The notes under the pieces: generated by a model
What the model was told of the DNA's origin: nothing
The model's database searches: none
What the model saw: the letters and a program-made list of their open reading frames with translations, nothing else
Shown here: positions 62,043 through 64,000 of the stretch, one piece after another
Position numbering within the stretch: the stretch's first letter is position 1
Layout of the letters: every line of letters begins with the position of its first letter
Made by a program: the position numbers and the translations under genes
Assembly (NCBI GenBank): GCA_017404555.1
Contig: JAFRCD010000007.1
Span: forward strand, 25,455 to 89,454
Length of the DNA stretch: 64,000 nucleotides
Direction: 5' to 3'
Origin: Bacilli bacterium
Lineage (GTDB): Bacteria > Bacillota_I > Bacilli_A > RF39 > UBA660

Positions 62043-62885
62043 CTATTTTTTCTTTTCAGTATGATACTCTTTATAGACTATTGATTTAGAAACATTTCTT
62101 TCCTTGGCAACTTTTTTTATTGCCTCTTTTTCACCCATCTCATCTAAATAAAGCCTAACATGTTCTACTAAAGAAATCTGTGAAAAGTCATTTTCTTCCT
62201 TTGAACCCTCAACAATTAATACTAATTCTCCCTTTATTCCGTCAATGCTTTTTAGAAGATCCTTTATTTTTCCCTTTCTTATCTCCTCGTGAATCTTTGA
62301 TAATTCCCTAACCACAGCTATTTCTCGATCACCAAACACTTCTAAAATATCAGTTAATGTTTTTTCAATTCTGTGCGGAGCCTCATAAAAGATTATAGTC
62401 ATTGGATAATGTTTTAACACCTCCAACTCTTTTTTTCTTTTTGTGCTTCTAGAATTTAGAAAGCCGTAAAAGATAAATGGTGATGGATCAAAACCTGACA
62501 TAGTCAAAGCAGGAACAAAGGCTGTAGCTCCTGGAAGAGATATCACACTATAATCATGTTCGATAACTTCTCTAACAACTACAACTCCAGGGTCACTGAT
62601 AATTGGGGTTCCTTGATCAGTAATCAACGCTATACTTTTTCCTTCTTTTAGAAGACTAATTACCTTCTCCTTAACCTTATCTTCATTAAATTCATGACAG
62701 CTAATTAGTTTTTTAGTTATATCATACTTTTTTAAAAGTTTTCCACTCTCCCTAGTATCTTCACATAAAATGATATCTACACTCTTTAAAGTGTTCAAAC
62801 CTCTAATCGTAATATCCTCTAAATTTCCAATAGGAGTTGGAACTAAATATAAAGCTGGTCCGTTATTATAACTTTTTTTAATCAT
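62043..62885 (-). CDS. rsmI: 16S rRNA (cytidine1402-2'-O)-methyltransferase RsmI
   Basis: Tetrapyrrole-methylase fold with LYLVPTPIGNLEDIT and ILCEDTR motifs. The likely start is MIKKSY, overlapping trmN6 by ~8 nt; the longer ORF call reaches 62957. Confidence 0.85.
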   Translation of the reverse strand: MIKKSYNNGPALYLVPTPIGNLEDITIRGLNTLKSVDIILCEDTRESGKLLKKYDITKKLISCHEFNEDKVKEKVISLLKEGKSIALITDQGTPIISDPGVVVVREVIEHDYSVISLPGATAFVPALTMSGFDPSPFIFYGFLNSRSTKRKKELEVLKHYPMTIIFYEAPHRIEKTLTDILEVFGDREIAVVRELSKIHEEIRKGKIKDLLKSIDGIKGELVLIVEGSKEENDFSQISLVEHVRLYLDEMGEKEAIKKVAKERNVSKSIVYKEYHTEKKK

Positions 62886-63597
62886 CCTCTTCACCCATAA
62901 TCTTTCTATATTCAGGAGTTTTTCCACCGTTTTCAAAAAGAATAAGCGGCTTCTCAACTATTAACCCTTTTTTAGCATTTTTACAAGCCTTAAATAACAT
63001 AATTTTAGCTGATCTTTCTTTATTATAATAAACATATCTAATGTTTTTCACACCTAAATTATACTTTCTACTACTTTCTAGAACATCTTCTAGGTTTGTT
63101 ACTGGATATACCATATAAAGACGACCGCCATTCTTTAAAAGTTTACTACTCTCTCTAAAAACATCATCTAGAGAAAGCAATTGTTCACTCTTGGCATTAG
63201 TTTTGACTTTATTTTTAGTAATACTTTCTTTACTAAAATAAGGAGGATTACATAAAATAACATCAAAACAATCATTTCCTAATTTCTTATAACACCCCTT
63301 TATATCCATTTCTTTTATTTCAATTTGTTTTTCTAATTTATTATATTTTAGTGATTTTTTTGCTAAATCAACGCTCTCTTTTTGAATATCAATGCCTATC
63401 ATTTTTTGTTTGTGCTTTTTACTTAGAATAAGTAAATTAACACCATTCCCTACACCCAATTCCAATATTCTTTCATCATTTTTCTTAATTTCTGTATAGT
63501 ATGCAAGTAACAAACTATCAAGACTAAAACAAAAAAAGTCTCTATTTTGATATATTTTTCTTTTTTTAAAACCTACTATATCATCTAGAGAATTCAT
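62878..63597 (-). CDS. tRNA1(Val) (adenine37-N6)-methyltransferase TrmN6/YfiC (YabB-like)
   Basis: SAM-binding ILELGVGNG and the N6-adenine MTase motif NPPY. Confidence 0.7.
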   Translation of the reverse strand: MNSLDDIVGFKKRKIYQNRDFFCFSLDSLLLAYYTEIKKNDERILELGVGNGVNLLILSKKHKQKMIGIDIQKESVDLAKKSLKYNKLEKQIEIKEMDIKGCYKKLGNDCFDVILCNPPYFSKESITKNKVKTNAKSEQLLSLDDVFRESSKLLKNGGRLYMVYPVTNLEDVLESSRKYNLGVKNIRYVYYNKERSAKIMLFKACKNAKKGLIVEKPLILFENGGKTPEYRKIMGEEDD

Positions 63598-63600
63598 TTA

Positions 63601-64000
63601 TTAAACCGTCCTTTCTAGGATATCGCCATTTTCAAGTTCTAATTTATAAGCCTTTTTGAAGACATCAATAGAAACTACTTTTCCTTCACCTTGATCAGTT
63701 TTCATTTTCATACCTATTTTAGGTAAATCTTTTTTCAAATAACTATATGTCTCATCTTCATAGTTTAAGCAGCATAGTAATCGATTACATAGTCCGTTTA
63801 TCTTACTTGGATTTAAAGCTAGAAACTGATTCTTTGCCATATTGATAGATACACTAGAAAAGTCAGTTAAAAAGGTATTACAGCACAAAGACAAGCCACA
63901 AGGCCCTAACCCTCCAAATTGCTTAGCCTTATCCCTAATTCCAATTTGTCTAAGTTCTATTCTAGTACGATAGCGAGCTGCTAGTTTCTTAGCTAATTCC
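63601..64000 (-). CDS. ricT: PSP1-domain protein RicT/YaaT (stage 0 sporulation protein YaaT); the N-terminus lies beyond the window
   Basis: The C-terminal region carries GPCG(L)SLCC-type cysteines and a PSP1 pattern. The reading frame stays open to the window end; the track ORF starts at an internal TTG. Confidence 0.65.
   Translation of the reverse strand, partial: ELAKKLAARYRTRIELRQIGIRDKAKQFGGLGPCGLSLCCNTFLTDFSSVSINMAKNQFLALNPSKINGLCNRLLCCLNYEDETYSYLKKDLPKIGMKMKTDQGEGKVVSIDVFKKAYKLELENGDILERTV

Noticed and set aside
1-64000. Search for mobile elements, prophage, restriction-modification, toxin-antitoxin, CRISPR-Cas or rRNA/tRNA genes
   Set aside because: There are no transposase-, integrase-, Cas- or R-M-like ORFs. 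No intergenic region is long or GC-rich enough for tRNA or rRNA. Every sizeable ORF is accounted for by housekeeping or the features listed above.

Overview
This is a very AT-rich chromosomal segment from a low-GC, cell-walled Firmicute. Translation uses the standard code: rpoB and rpoC read through as full-length ORFs with no in-frame TGA. The window carries murD plus a FemAB-family peptidyltransferase, and remnants of Bacillus-type sporulation gene clusters (spoVG, veg, yabG, yabP/yabQ/divIC, spoVT, a sigH-like sigma factor, ricT/yaaT). About 55 of roughly 60 genes lie on the minus strand. The content is mostly core housekeeping in Bacillus-like syntenic blocks that have been locally permuted. 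One block is cysS-mrnC-rlmB-sigH-...-ybxB-rpoB-rpoC-rpsL-rpsG-fusA-tuf. Another is ricT-trmN6-rsmI | pth-mfd-spoVT | metG-tatD | ksgA-yabG-veg-spoVG-yabP-yabQ-divIC-tilS-ftsH. A third is eno-secG-rnr-smpB, beside trxA-trxB.

No rRNA or tRNA genes, CRISPR arrays, transposases or prophage genes are visible. The clearly accessory or unusual content is as follows. (1) An 8.4-kb gene for a 2796-aa secreted, C-terminally membrane-anchored BspA/DUF285-type leucine-rich-repeat surface protein, inserted between clpC and a transporter gene. It is built from a triplicated ~2-kb N-terminal module and a duplicated ~1.1-kb linker+LRR-array module, with strong nucleotide-level repeats. (2) An ER/archaeal-type (SipW-like) signal peptidase with a C-terminal extension, next to a small secreted protein that carries an AFS-type SipW-cognate-like signal. 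This pair sits where yabE/rnmV lie in Bacillus. (3) A probable methionine T-box leader upstream of metG. (4) Several uncharacterised proteins inserted into otherwise conserved neighbourhoods: a 387-aa protein plus a translationally coupled acidic micro-ORF between eno and secG; a tail-anchored 253-aa protein directly after the sigH-like gene; and a Lys-rich single-TM protein after tuf. (5) Promoter-then-hairpin leader structures upstream of rpsL and the ybxB-like methyltransferase. I found no complete new multi-gene system (defence, toxin-antitoxin, secretion) that I can support from sequence alone; the candidates above are the most novel-looking items.
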